Origin: Callorhinchus milii
Taxonomy: Eukaryota
Direction: 5' to 3'
Assembly (NCBI RefSeq): GCF_018977255.1
Contig: NW_024704743.1
Location: 95,854,001 to 95,918,000, forward strand
Length of the DNA stretch: 64,000 nucleotides
The position numbers were made by a program, and so were the translations under genes. This document shows positions 37,061 to 50,652 of this stretch, piece by piece (within the stretch, counting starts at the first letter, position 1; the number at the start of each line of letters is the position of its first letter). A model generated the notes under the pieces. It was not told the origin of the DNA. It saw only the letters and a list, made by a program, of their open reading frames with translations, and ran no database searches.

Positions 37061-39092
37061 CTACAAAGAATGACAAAAGCACTAGTTACAAATGAGCCCA
37101 CCACAAAACGTGTGCATCTTAACAAATAGAAGGATGCTAAGTATGATGGAGCCCATTTGTTACTAAGGGCATGTGAGGAAGTTCTAGACCAAAAGCTACC
37201 ATTGGCAGTGCATCCAAATATTTTTATTAAAAAGAATGAACTTTGAATGTATGTTATTTGCAAACTCTCTTCAAATCAGTGGCTCCCTAATGATGGTTAG
37301 ATTTAAAATCAATCAGTAACAAAGATCTTTGATTAAATAAGTAGATTAAAGCTTATTAACGTTAACATAATATGGTAACAACATATAGCTTTTGACCATT
37401 CTACCCATTAGAGCTTTGGCTCAAGGGTTGCAGAAATAGCTATACCTCTGAACAGATATTAATAATAATCCTTGCATTTGCTATTGCACTTTTTCGTGCC
37501 ATTGAGATGTCTCAAAGTGCTTCACAGGATTTACTGTAGAAGGATATCATAAAAGTTGCAGTCAATAGGCTGGAATAAGTTGTTTCAATCAGTTGTATTT
37601 TTAAAAAAAGTAGAAAATATAAAACTTAATTTGTTTTAAATAACACATTCAAGTGTGATTTGATGTAACTTCTTAAAACAACTGATGTAACTTCTCCCTA
37701 GCCAGCTGTCAAGTATGAGCACAACCAGTAAATGATGTTAAAGAGAGATCAGGACCATCTGGCTTTCCTCTAACCCTAACCATAAGAAGGACAAGGCCAA
37801 GTTAGCCTCCCCATGAGACCAACACCCTTAGCATAGAGCAGGAATTGATTCAGAGAATTACTGGTCTATAAGCTACAGTTGTATGCGTTACACCATTGGG
37901 GCTTCCCACAGTTTGGGTACTCGTGATGATGGGTTTCTGCAAGTGTCAGACATCCAACTGACCAAACAAATAGAAAGCTCTGACGACTGTTAAAGTTCTT
38001 TAAAATAGTTTTCAGCTGAGACAGAAGTTGCATTGCAGAAATCACTTCCATGGTTTGTTTTGATTTGTTTTTCGCCCACCAGCACTTTCAGAGGAAACGA
38101 GGTAGACGAAAATTATAATAATAATAATAATCCTTGCATTTGATAAGGGAGGAATATTACAGTAATAATAATCCTTGAATTTGATGTAGAATCTCTCTCA
38201 TTGGGACAATGTCTGGAAAGCACATCACAGGATTTTACTATAAAGTGTAGTGCACTTGCACAAAATACACAGCCACTACACTTTATAGTACATTCTGTGA
38301 AACACTTTAGGACAATTTCCTGATGTGAAAGGAGTTATATTGAGTTATTATTAAGTATGGTTAAATGTAAGGATTATAATTATATTATTATTGTGACTAT
38401 AATTTGTAGGTAAAAATAGCAACTAATTTGGCCACAAAAAGCCATGAACTAAATGACCATTTGATTTGGTGATTGGTGGCCAGAACACCATGAGAAGCTC
38501 CACTTTCTATGTTACACCTAAGAAAATAATTAGAGATTATGCAAAAATGTTCCCTGTCTTTTACATATTGCATCAACACTGAAAGCTAATATAAAACTGA
38601 GTAAAGTAAACAATTTGGAAGGAAGGAAAAAAATTGCATTTTTATAGTGTCTTATATGATGAAAAAGTCTCATAGTGCTTTGCATTCACTATTGTCAAGT
38701 GTAGCGACTTTATTTTGTAGAAAGTGACCTTATTTGGTAAGTGGGCCTGATTGAAATGGCAGAAAGTCAAAATCACAGCAAAACTCTGAAAACCTAACGG
38801 AATGCTTTGAACTAATCTTATAACACTAAAATCCTTACATTTGATTACAGCCCCTTAACACAAAGTCAAAATATCTCAAACTCCAAAGATATGTGGTTGT
38901 TAGATTTCTTCAACGTTGTGCATCTTATTGGAGAGAATCTCTATATTATCTAACTATCAAAGTTAATGCTTTATTCATGAAATATTCTGCCACATGAATG
39001 CGTTGTCCTGATGGTTAGAAACCCTGTTGGTAACAAAGCAGTGTTTCCCCTCCCTCAAACAGGGGTGTGCTTGCTGCTCCTTTGTGCAGTGT

Positions 39093-39448
39093 ATTAATAA
39101 TAATAATAATCCTTGCATTTGATGTAGCGCCTTATCACGTCACCAAGCGCTTCACAGAGTATACTGTAAAGTGAACTGACTGTATACTTTGTAGGCGAAA
39201 TGCGGCAGCCAATTGCGCACAGCAGTGTCCCACAAACAGTCGTGGATTGAAGTGACCAAATTATTATTATTATTACTATTATTATTTGGGGGGGGAAGGA
39301 ATTATTCAACAACCAGGTTACTACTACAGCTAGGTAAACAGAGGCGTGTTGAGTAAGGAAGCTTGCCCAACGTTTCGCCCTGCCGGGAATCAAACTCAAG
39401 TCCCTCACTTGCGAGGCGAATGCTCTAACCATTGAGCTACAGGACTCC
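39093..39448 (-). mobile_element. SINE, long/intermediate subfamily
   Basis: Head, partial extra segment, core and tail. Confidence 0.85.
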
Positions 39449-40666
39449 ACAGTTCTGGTTATGATGAGATCACTCTGGGCAGCAGTTGCAATGTAGCTGG
39501 AACAGAAATTTTCCACAGGATTCTGGCTCATAAAATATAATAAATATGTTTTTGTTTATCAGTCAGGTTTCTTTGGAAAGTTTTGAAGTGCAGCTGCACA
39601 GCACAAGCTAACTAAGCTATAGTGAGGTCATTCTCCCCAGAACATAAGTGCACAGAATCAATGACATGTTTCTGCTGGTGAAACAAATGGCAATATTGCA
39701 AGCAAATCGCAAGCAAACTATCTCCACTCTGGGCTCATATATCTGGTTTAAGAGATCTGTTCAGCAATAAGATATTACTTTTTTTAGAAAAACATGAAAA
39801 TTGCATTTGATATAGCACCTTATTTTGTCAATACATTGCTTTACTGTAAAGTGTAGTGACTATGTATTTTGTAGGCAAATGTGGCAGCCAATTTGTTCCA
39901 CAAATAGCTATAAATTAAATGACCAAAGAAACATTGAGTCTTTCTACAAGTTATCCTGGCTTATATCCTCTTCCACCATCTAAATTTCCCCCCAAATTCT
40001 GAATAATTAGCTATACATCTAAGCATTGTTCATGGGATATTGCTGGCAAAAATTAGTGATTGTGTTTGCCAAGATATCAACATTTAGATTCACTGCTAAA
40101 TCATTATTATTTTGTAAACAGCTTTGAGACATTTATTTAATGTGAAAGCTGCTATATAAATACAATAATTTATTCTGTCATAAAGCTGAGGAGGAAACTC
40201 CGAGGCTTGGGGGACAGTTGCTGGAAGGTGTTACCTGGAGTCCGAGTTCACGAATGCAAGTTCATACATCCAGGGTTTGAAATCCACCTTGAATGACCTG
40301 CTCAAGCTCTGCACCTCCAACTGGTGGAACCATCACTCAATGGGAAGGGATGTGTATCTGAGCTATGGCCAGGATTGTGGTGGTAATGCTTTCATGTATT
40401 ACATGCTGAGCTGTGTTGTCCACCAGAAAGCTCGCTGGGAATTTCCTGCTGCGTACCACCCACCTGGTAAGGATCATACCCGCATTTGTTGGATGTCAAA
40501 TGACCAACTAGTGTCTGCAATCCAGGAGGAATGTAAGCATCAAAATCTTCCTTTTTGATGAATTGACTCCAATAGCCTATTTCTCTCTGGATGCATCCCT
40601 CCAGGGAGAGGCTGCATTCCATTCCAAGACACAAGAATTTCCATGCATGGTAACATGCATGTGTAG

Positions 40667-41052
40667 ACCTGTAGCGTATTGATCAGAGCAATCGCTTCGC
40701 AAGCAAGAGGACCTGGTTTCAATTCCCGGGCAGGGCAAAATGTTAGGCAGGTTTCCTCACTCCACACCCCTCTGTTTACCTAGCAGTAAGTAGGAGCCCA
40801 GTTGTTAGTCAATTGGTGGCTCGCTTTTCTGGGGTAATAATCCCTACAAAAATAAATAAGTAAAATAATAATAATTTGCTAAACTCAATCCATGTCTGTT
40901 TGTGGGACACTGCTGTTTGTAATTAATTGGCTGCCGGGTTTCGCTCTCAAAATATAAAGTCAATTCACTTTACAGTATATTCTGTGAAGCACTGTGAGAC
41001 GTCTCGAAGATATGATAAGGCGCTATATCAAATGCAAGGATTATTATTATTA
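40667..41052 (+). mobile_element. SINE, long subfamily
   Basis: Head, extra segment, core and (ATT)n tail. Confidence 0.85.
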
Positions 41053-41390
41053 TGGAACGCAGTTTGGTTTGGGTTACTCGCAAACATGGTGATTGGGTTT
41101 CCGCTTGTGTCAGACACTTGACTGACCAAAAAAAAAATTCCAAATTTTTTTATACTATGGTATCATTAGTCTCTCCATCCAAATGAGAATATTGTCTTTA
41201 GGGTCTGGACACCTTATCAAGCTAATTGCTTGAGAGCTGCCAAAAAAGCAACAAATGCATTTTCTTAACAGGAACACATATTGACAGGTGATTGTACAGT
41301 AACTTCCTTCAGTGTGACTGAGCTAATGGTCCAGTTTGGCTCCATAATGGAAAAATAAATGTTTTTGCAACATTAGTGCTAAATCCGTAC

Positions 41391-41700
41391 CTCCTAAAAT
41401 GTCACAGTTCTCCAGATTATCTTGTACACCAGCAAATATACTAGCCAGGGTGGATTTCCCAACTCCAGTCTCCCCCATCAGGACCACTCTGTACAGGTTA
41501 TTCCCGGAATCGATGGAAATGACGGAATCGGAGGATTCAGAGGACCAGCTCCCTCTGTAGGGCGCCCTGGGATCCAGGCAGGATTTTGATCGCACCAAGT
41601 GCGAGCTCCCTCTCCATATCTGATTGCCGTCCGCAGCAATACTCCAGCGTTGCTGAGCCAGCGTTCCGCTGCTGCGCCGTCTAGTGACGTTTAAAGTCAT
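41391..41700 (-). CDS. GEM: GEM coding exon 1
   Basis: acag|ACGACC ATG; MTLNVTRRR...QQRWSI...SWSSESSDSVIS...YRVVLMGETGVGKSTLASIFAG (P-loop); G|gtac donor; four exons total 870 nt = 289 aa + stop. Confidence 0.97.
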
Positions 41701-41959
41701 GGTCGTCTGTCAAACCAAGATCACATCGAGATTAAACATTGTTTCCTGGTCACACTAGTTTAATGTCCTAGTCTGCTAAACGCTCACATACCATTTAAAA
41801 AATAAACTGATGTTTGCTATGGGAATAATCCTAGTTAATGCAAACAACTCTGTAAACTCCCGTTTACTAACTATCAACACTTTTGAGATAAATGGGTTCA
41901 ATGTTTCAAAGTGCAATTTCTTGTTTCCCCAGATCTCTGATGAAAGTTTTTTTTATGTT

Positions 41960-42800
41960 GACCTATAAACAGAGATTGGAGGCGCTGGCCCTATTTTCAT
42001 TGGAATAGAGAAAGGTTGAGGGGAGACCTGATAGAGGTCTTTAAAATTATGAGGGGTTTGGTATGTAAGGGGGAGAAATAATAAACAAGTGTGTCAGCCT
42101 GGCTCAGTGGTAGCACTCTCGTCTCTGAGTCAGAAGGTTGTGGGTTCAAGCCCCACTTCGAGCATTGGGATCACATAGTCTAAGCTGACACTCCAATGCA
42201 CTGTTGCATTGTCGGAGATGCTGTCCTTCGGACAAGGTCCTATCTGCTTGTTTAGGTGAACGTTAAAGTTCCCATGGCGCTATTCGAAAAGAGAAGGGAG
42301 TTTCTCCTGGTGTCTTGGTCAACAAATCCACCTAATAAAATTGGTCACTCACTCCATGGTTGTTTGTGGGACATTGCTGTGCGCAAACTGGCTGCCACGT
42401 TTTGCCCACAATATAGTCAATCCACTTTCAGTATATCCTGTGAAGCTCTTTGAGACGTCTCGATGATATGAAGAGGCACCATATCAAATGAGAGGATTAT
42501 TATTATTTCCACTGGTTGGTGGGTTAGTCACTCGAGGGCAACAATTACCAAACAGGCTAAGATTAACAGCGATTGCTTAAATTCACAACAGAGGGTTGCT
42601 ATGATAAAGAATATCCTGCTGGGTGAGGTGGTTATGGCAGAATCCATATTAGCTTTCAAGAGGAAACTAGAAAGATTGCTGAACAAAAGAGTAATATGCA
42701 GAGGTATGAGAAAAGGCTGGTAAATGAGACTGAATGGATTGCTCTTTAAAAGAACCAGTACAGACAATGGGGCAAATGGCTTTCTTCTGTGCTGTATATT
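41960..42800 (+). mobile_element. CR1 3' fragment split by an old SINE (42092-42507)
   Basis: RLRGDLIEVFKIMRG; continues after the SINE to AAATGGCTTTCTTCTGTGCTGTA. Confidence 0.7.
42092..42507 (+). mobile_element. Older DeuSINE with a different tRNA head
   Basis: Head GTCAGCCTGGCTCAGTGGTAGCACTCTC..GAGTCAGAAGGTTGTGGGTTCAAGCCC, long Deu-like domain, same tail; relatives at 1617-2040, 2583-2955, 23520-23920, 36530-36890, 55545-55940. Confidence 0.85.
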
Positions 42801-43122
42801 TCTCCAGGTCTGCAGTAAAGTGCTTGGATTCCTCCCACTTTCCTTCAGTACAGACTTCTATAAACTTGTTCTGAAATCTGTAACTGAAAATTGAATAAAA
42901 ACTCTCCTACAAAGAATCCTTATGGATAAAGTTACTTTCACAAAAAACATAGTCAGAATGTGCAAGTCCATTCCAAGGTTGCATTTTACAAATCTAATAC
43001 ACTATGTATCAGCATTGCACTCACAAACACTTTACTAATCACATAAAAGTTTTTTTTAAAAAGCAACAGTTGATGCAAACAAGAAAATCTGCCTTTGGAT
43101 GGAAAAAAAACTAGTGACTTAC

Positions 43123-43235
43123 CCTGTAGCTCGCTGCTTTGTGCTGTGAAGTTCTGGGTTATTTCTGGTTGAGGATGTCTGGTTTTGCTGTGCTGAGTTG
43201 TAATCCTGTGTGATTGTGCCTCTGCTCTGACTCTA
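43123..43235 (-). other. GEM: GEM non-coding exon 1 (approximate TSS)
   Basis: Donor CAGG|GTAAGT at 43123/43122; TATAAA on minus strand at 43264-43259, about 30 nt upstream of the inferred start. Confidence 0.65.
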
Positions 43236-43254
43236 ATTCCCTCTGATCTCTTCT

Positions 43255-43410
43255 CTGGTTTATATTAAGCAGATCAGATCAGAACAGGGCTTTTCCGTGA
43301 TGTCACCCAAACTCCTGACAGCTTCTGGAGACTCTTGACTCAGACCACAAACTTTTACAGCATCTCCCTCCCCCAGCAAACACAGGCACATAAAAGGCTG
43401 GAAAAGCTAT
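43255..43410 (-). promoter_or_regulatory. GEM: GEM proximal promoter
   Basis: TATA box 43259-43264, GGGCTTTTCC kB/NFAT-like site 43287-43296, CRE-like TGACATCA 43305-43298, AP-1 TGACTCA 43336-43342. Confidence 0.65.
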
Positions 43411-44474
43411 TTAATATGGGAACAAAAAAGTTATAAGATCTACATTGATCACCCAAGAACAAGAAAACCACAAACACTGCACCAGAAGTACTATGTCGCA
43501 CGACTTCTTCAAAGAGTTTTTTACACCACGTTTTGGATCTTATTCCAGTTTCAGCCCCTCACCCCCCAAAAAAAGCTTCTGTGGAATGGAATGATGAGAA
43601 TGGAACCAGATCTAACGATTGATATAACTGAACCGCAAATAAAGAGCCCGATCCTCCGGGAGTCCCGGTTAGGCTGGTTGGATCCAGTGATTAAATGCAA
43701 TGACCCTGCTTTGTGGCTGCCTCTGCTTTTCCTGTTCAGCTGTTCTGGTCCCCAGGCATCTCCCTGCACAACTACCATCACGTCTGTTTGTGTGTGCCAT
43801 AGGGTGACATTTACTGCATTTCATTTCAACAGCAATTTTTCCAAAACGCACATGTTGGTTTTACACACAACGGGATATTGTTTCCATTTCACATTTAACT
43901 ATCCCCCACCCCACCCCCAACCCAGTCAAATGTGATAGCAATATGGAGGAATTTTGAGGGAGCTCAGCACCACATTCTCTCTAAACCAAGGTTGCTGTTA
44001 TTCCATTCAGCCAGCCAAATAGTTTGATGGCAAATCACTTTTCTGCAGTTATACTATATAATAGTTTAACAAACACGTTTACTCTCCCCCTAAAATTGCA
44101 ACTTGATTTCAACGTTTAATAAATATTTTGGCAAATTGAATAGGAATGCAACGATTATTGTTATTATTGTTGTTGTTGGCCTTTAACTTTTCCAGTCTTG
44201 TACATGGAGTTCTCTTCTGATGCTGTACTGGTTGGCAGCTTCTTGTTATTTCAAAACTAAATCGGATTTATTAAGATCCAGTTCTGTAAATTTATTGAAA
44301 CCCTTAATAAATAATATGCCCCCACCCCACACCCATCTTAGACACAGAAGAAAGGCAGAGAAAATGTACCTTAATTCTACAACAATAATAAACATTGTTG
44401 CATTTGATATAGCGCGTTATCACTTTACAAATCTAATACATTCTGAATCATATTCTCAGAGTATACTGTAAAGT

Positions 44475-44817
44475 AATAACAATAATAATCCTTGCATTTG
44501 ATATAGTGCCTTATTACGTCTTCGAAATGTCTCAAAGCACTTCATAGTGAATTGACTGTATATTTTGTGGGCGAAGCGCGGCAGCCAATTGCGCACAGCA
44601 GTGTCCCACAAACAGTCGGGGATTGAAGTGACCAATTTATTACTTATTTTTTGAAGGAATTATTATCATTGGAAAAGCGATCCACCAATCGACTAACAAC
44701 TGAGTACCTACTTACTGGTAGGTAAACAGAGGTGTGGAGTAAGGAAACTTGCCCAATGTTTAGCCCTACTCTCTCACTTGTGAGGCAAGTGCTCTAACCA
44801 CTGAGCTACAGGACTCC
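44475..44817 (-). mobile_element. SINE, long subfamily
   Basis: Same structure with small deletions. Confidence 0.8.
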
Positions 44818-45045
44818 AAAGTGAATTGACTGCGTATTTTGTGGGCACACCATAGCAGTGTCCCACAAACAATCATGGATGAGTGACCAAACAATCTGAA
44901 TTGAATCTGGTTTAAACATTTCTGGATGACCTCTTTTAAAATGGACTGTTGAAGTCTAGATTTGCAGTTGGTATACCAGCAGCTCCGATGTTTGAATGGA
45001 TCGTGTCCAAATAATAAACATGTTGTTACACCACTAGACAAAATA

Positions 45046-45362
45046 ATAATATAATAATAATTCTTGCATTTGATATAGCGCTTTTCACATCGGGAGGACG
45101 TCCCATAGCGCTTCACAGAATACACTGTAAAGTGAATTGACTGTATATTTGTGGGCGAACGCGGCAGCCAATTGCGCACAGCAATGTCCCATAAACAGGC
45201 GTAGATTGAAAATGACCAATTTATTATTGTTTTTGATGCTGGAGGGATTATTATTAGGCGTGTGGAGTAAGGAAACTTGCCCAAGGTTTCGCCCTGCCTG
45301 GAATTGAACTCAGGTCTCTCACCTGCAAAGCGAGTGCTCTAACCACTGAGCTACAGGACTCC
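45046..45362 (-). mobile_element. Young SINE
   Basis: Full-length, same family. Confidence 0.9.
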
Positions 45363-46459
45363 ATCGTAAGTAAGGTTTGGAGGCAATAAATGTGGCGCAA
45401 AAGGGAAGCTGATTTTTCGCACGTTCACAAATACAACCTATCAAACAGTTCACTTCAGAACCGACTCAACATCAATGCTTTGCAGAGATGTTAAACAGCA
45501 ATTAGTATGTGGCAGTGTTAATAAGCGATCGGTTTGTACAGAAACAGGGGGAAGGTTGGTAGGAGTACATGTTTATCACGGTTTTGGCAGATTACATTGT
45601 ACATAGAAGCAGACAGCGAATGTGGTGAGGTTACTTCTCAGATGTGGGGAAAATATTTGAGGATTTTAAAAGACATTGCATAAACTGCTTCTGGTTAAAT
45701 CAGGCCAGCTATCCCCAGAGACCAGGGCTGCACTGGATACCACACTAATAGAATGTGCTAATTATAAAGATTATCTTAATCAAAGTTGTTTAAAAATAGC
45801 AAGCTATTATAGGATTTCCACATAGCGCTGGGGTTGTTCCTAATCCCATTTCTTCCTGCTTTTTTCAAAACAAGATCTTATTTTGTGGACAATTTAAGCA
45901 CAACATTAAATGATCCAAAGATGTGAATAGTAATACGAATGCAGATTAAAACTGATAGCAAATAAATAAGAACACAATTATCAGTTTCAGTGAAAACAAC
46001 TTTAACAAATAAAACATATTCCCCTCCCTCCCTGAATAGCACAACACAGTATCAGCCTAACCTACAAATTCATCGGCCTGAAATAGGGCTTGAATTGCCC
46101 AACCTTCTCACGCATTAAAGTAATTTGATTTATTGTATTTTGTTTCAACCCTTCTTATTTCAACACATCACGCCAGATAGCCACTAGGACAAAGTACTAA
46201 AGAGCAAAGGTTTTGGTGGAACTGTGACAAAGAATGAATCTCCATATTCAAAAGAGGATAGAGTAATCTGGGGAAAATGAAACTAATTATAAACATGAAG
46301 ATAATAATAAAATAACAATATAAAATATTGGAGGGAGGCGAAAGTTTGAATGAGAAAAATATTGCTGGTCGAAAACATTGAAAGGAAATTACTCTCAGAC
46401 TTTGATGTAAATGTTTCAAAAATAAGATCTCTACATTGCAGGTTGGCAAGAGGCTACAC

Positions 46460-46788
46460 AATAATAATCCTTTGTTGCATTTGATAAAGCGCTTTTCACG
46501 TCTTCTAGACGTCTCAAAGAGCTTCACAGAATATACTATAAAGTTAATTGACTGTATATTTTGCGGGCAAAATGCGGCAGCCAATTGTGCACAGCCATGT
46601 CCCACAGACAGTCATGGATTGAAGTGACCAATTTTTTTATTATTCTTTTCTTTTATTTCTTTTATTTATTTATTTTATTATCAGGCATGTGGAGTAAGGA
46701 AACTTGCCCAAGGCTTCACCCTGCCGGGAATCAAACCCAGGTCTCTCATTTGCAAGCCAAGTGCTCTCACCACTGAGCTACAGGACTC
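46460..46788 (-). mobile_element. SINE
   Basis: Head, core and tail. Confidence 0.85.
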
Positions 46789-47205
46789 TACACAAGTCCT
46801 CAACTGAGGAATAACAAAAACAGAAATCCTGTAACTAGACAACGGTAAATCATTACCTGAAAGGATAAGTTGGCCAAAATGTCATGTTATCTTCCTCTAT
46901 CAGATATCTTGGAGAAGCTACACATTTATTTTTATTTCAGAGACCCTGCAACTGTACTTTTTAGTTACATATCCTTTTTCTTAGTAAGCAACTTTCCTTC
47001 TCTTCATTCACTTAACAGCCTGGCGTATTTAGTAGCAGTCTCACACCTGGATCAGAATGTTGTAGGTTCAGTCCAGGACAAGATTTATTCATCTTGGCTG
47101 ACACTGGTCTGTGCCTGAGGGAGCAATCAGGATTGTTGGAGGTGTAGTCCTTCAGATGAAACTTGAAATGAGGTGCCATTTAGGAGATATTATTTCAATA
47201 TTATT

Positions 47206-47518
47206 GGAGTCCTGCAGCTCAGTGGTTAGAGCACTCGTCTTGCAAGCGAGACACCTGGGTTCAATTCCAGGCAGAGCGAAACCTTGAGCAAGTTTCCTTA
47301 CTCCACACACCTAATAATAATCCCTCCAAAACAAAACAATAATAAACTGGTCATTTTCAATCCACGACTGTTTATGGAACACTGATGTGTGCAATGGCTG
47401 CCGCGTTTCGCCCACAAATATACAGTCAATTCACTTTACAGTCTTTTCTGTGAAGTGCTTTGAGACGTCGAGAAGACGTGAAAAGCGCTATATCAAATGC
47501 AAGGATTATTATTATTAT
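47206..47518 (+). mobile_element. Young SINE
   Basis: Full-length, same family. Confidence 0.9.
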
Positions 47519-47549
47519 AAAAAATGCAGCATTCTCCCAATTTCTTGCT

Positions 47550-47913
47550 TCTCCTTACTGCTATGACCTGCTAACTCCTTACCAACCTGTCCGCTCTCTC
47601 CACTCAGTGGGCTCTGGCCTGCTCCACGTCCCCCGACCTGCCTGCCAAACATCGGCGGTCGGGCCTTCAATGTTTCAGCCCCCACCCTTTGGAATTCCAT
47701 CCCAGTCCCTTCAACTTGCTCCCTCCCTGGCGCAGTTCAAGGCACATTTCAAGACCTTCTTCTTTGACTGCGCCTTTGGTCACCCTCCTTCCCTTCCTGC
47801 CCTCCACCCTTCCTAATCCCAACCCCCAATGGGTACAAATCATTGACTGTCCAGGGCCTTGGGACATCCTCACGACATGAAAGGCACTTTACAAATGTAA
47901 TTTGTTGTTGTTG
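47550..47913 (+). mobile_element. L2 3' fragment
   Basis: DLLTPYQPVRSLHSVGSGLLHVP...FKAHFKTFFFD; (TTG)n tail. Confidence 0.85.
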
Positions 47914-48576
47914 TTACTTCCTGGTCAATATTCCTCCCTCATCCAAATTCTTAAAGAACAGATTAGTTGGTGATTCATATTATTTCTGTTCATGCTATGT
48001 TGATTATGCCAATTAGCTCCCTGGTTCAGCTATATAAAGTCACTGTATTTCAATACAATTTATGGAGTCTAATTTGCAATATATTCTCAAACCGGATTTG
48101 TTGTGCTTCTGGTCTGTGAAATACATTGCTGGTGGATTGTGATTGCCGAAACAACATCCAAAAAAGGTCAGGGAACAAACTGCATTAACTGGCCATTTTT
48201 CTCGCCAGCCTTTCTTTCAGTTCTTTGTCAGCTTTGGAAAGTTTTCAGTCTGATACCTATGAATTTGGCAAACCATAGTTGCAGGTAATATAAAGAATTT
48301 AACTTGCAAATATCCCAAATTAGTCCCAACCGTGTGAAATACTTTGGTATATTTTGAAACGATAAAGTATTCCAGTACATCAAATGCAAGGATTATTTAT
48401 TATTCTAGTATTCTGGACCACAGTTGAATAGATTTCTGACACTAGAGGGCTGCCATTCCCCATGGAACCCCGGCGAGTGACCGTGCCTTCATGAAAGGAC
48501 GAGGAGAGTAAATTAGCAATGCAAAATTCTATTAAAAAGAAACACGCATTTTCACTAAGTCCTGTTCAATAACATT

Positions 48577-48582
48577 TTTATT
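48577..48582 (-). terminator. RAD54B: RAD54B poly(A) signal
   Basis: AATAAA on minus strand followed ~30 nt later by GU/U-rich GCGTGTTTCTTTTT; implies a ~1.4 kb 3' UTR. Confidence 0.6.
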
Positions 48583-49942
48583 GCAGACAAGAAAACATTC
48601 AAACAAACTAGTGTGTTGGTTGTACCAAGAAATTGCCTTAACTAAACAAAAAAAATCAGAATAAAGTTGTATGCCTCTAACCACAAATACTGTATTACAG
48701 GAATCTAAAGTACCGTGCAACTGGCTTCTCAGACAATAGGTGTTGAGGGGGTGTGTCTTTAGCACAGTGTACCAGTGTACATGCTAAATATCATGTTTAC
48801 TAAATTTTATGAGCGGTAATTAATACAATGCAAATGCACAATAAAATGCACCCCCACAATTCCTCAACATAACACTGCAACTTTAGAAAGTAAAGATACC
48901 ATAACTTTATATGAACAAATATTTGTCAGGAAATTATGTATTACTTCCTCTAAAATATTAATTAGAAACAATGTTTGAAACAAAATGTAGAAAAGGGGCT
49001 TCTCAGGATGGTATAGACAAGTAAGTGGATGGCACCACAGCTTACCGACCAGGTGCTGCGCCTGTGGTATCAAACCCCACCAAGAGGAGACCAGACCAGG
49101 AACACATACCATCAGAGAATAAATGAGAAAAGTATCTGGACACATTCATTTTTTTTTAAAGTATCTGACTGGTTGCTCAGTGGTACAAGCAGCATGTACT
49201 GTAGTAATGAGCCAAACAGACCCTGTGGTCCTTGGCTTGATACCTGGTCTGTGTTGTTAGCTTCACAAGATTAATTGAGGGAGTGCATAAGGGAGTTGAT
49301 CTCAATGTCTCTGATCCCTACTGAAACAAATGGGCAGGTAAATAATAAATCGTTCTTGCATTTGATACTAGCTCCTTTCATGTTGAGAGGCAGTCTCAAA
49401 GCGCTTCCCAGGATTTCATAGTTATGTAGATATCAAGCTGTGTGCAAGGATACTGTTCTTAGCTACTACAATACACCATACAAGCAAGGTGAAAGTTTTG
49501 ATCATCAATCTGTTGAGTTAGATGATTTCAGCCAGAGCAGTCATAAGGGTGCTTGAATTGGTCTCAGTGCTCCCTGAGTTAGGAAAGAGATGGACAAGGT
49601 TCCTGATCGTGTTTGTTATGCAATGACCCTGCTGCAGAGTGTGTGCACATACTGTATGTGGACATTGGGCGAGAACGGATTTGGATTTGCAAAATGTCAG
49701 TGTGGTTGAACACCCTGAACACATTGCCCACACTTACATATGAAGTACAGGAGAAAACCTGGTACGTTTACAGGAAATAAAGCTGGGGGTGGGGGAAACA
49801 TAAGAGGGAAAATGATCAAGCCAAAAAGAGAAAGAATTGTTCATAGACTGCAAGGTCATGCACAAGCAAAAGAGCATTCAAACAACAAAGGTATCTTTTG
49901 CAATGAAGAATAGGAGGGAGGGAGTGCAATTTATCACACTGT

Positions 49943-50205
49943 TCATTCATTCACCTCTGTATTTCCTTTCTCTTTCCTTCCCTCAGCTAGATGTGGGCTG
50001 CGGTGTTTTGATGTATTCTGAAAGATGAAAGTGATGTTTTCCCTGGCTGTCTGAAGATGGGGATCAGGAAACTGTTGAATTTCTCCAGAAAAGTGCTTCC
50101 AGCACATGAGTTCAGACATGGAGAGGTGTTTCTGAGAAGCAGACCCGGAGTTCTGGCCCAGTTGGCAGGGCCTGGCAGTTGAAGGTTTCTCAGCAGTGGG
50201 GCAAG
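49943..50205 (-). CDS. RAD54B: RAD54B last coding exon
   Basis: ttccag|CT TGC...TGA, 263 nt; RPCQLG...KHLSMSELMCWKHFSG...DPHL...ENITFIFQN, resembling human RDCQLG...LSMSQLKQWKHFSG...ENVSFIFQN. Confidence 0.93.
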
Positions 50206-50333
50206 CTGGAATTAGATCACACCACGTCATTCACAACATTTCAGTTTGCCAAGCAACACCTGTAATGATTTCAGGACAGATCTGATCACAAATGTCTTGC
50301 TTACTATAAATTATCGTGTTCCAGAGTGCATGT

Positions 50334-50652
50334 GGAGTCCTGCAGCTCAGTGGTTAGAGCACTCGCTTTGCAAGCGAGAGACCTGAGTTCAATTCCAGGC
50401 AGGGCGAAACCTTGGGCAAGTTTCCTTACTCCACACGCCTAATAATAATCCCTCCAAAACCAAAAAACAATAATAAATTTGTCATTTTCAATCCACGACT
50501 GTTTGTGGGACATTGCTGTGCGCAATTGGCTGCCGCGTTCACCCACAAATATAGTCAATCCCTTTACAGTGTGTTCTGTGAAGCGCTATGGGACGTCCTC
50601 CCGACATGAAAAGCGCTATATCAAATGCAAGGATTATTATTATTATTATTAT
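50334..50652 (+). mobile_element. Young SINE in last RAD54B intron
   Basis: Full-length, same family. Confidence 0.9.
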
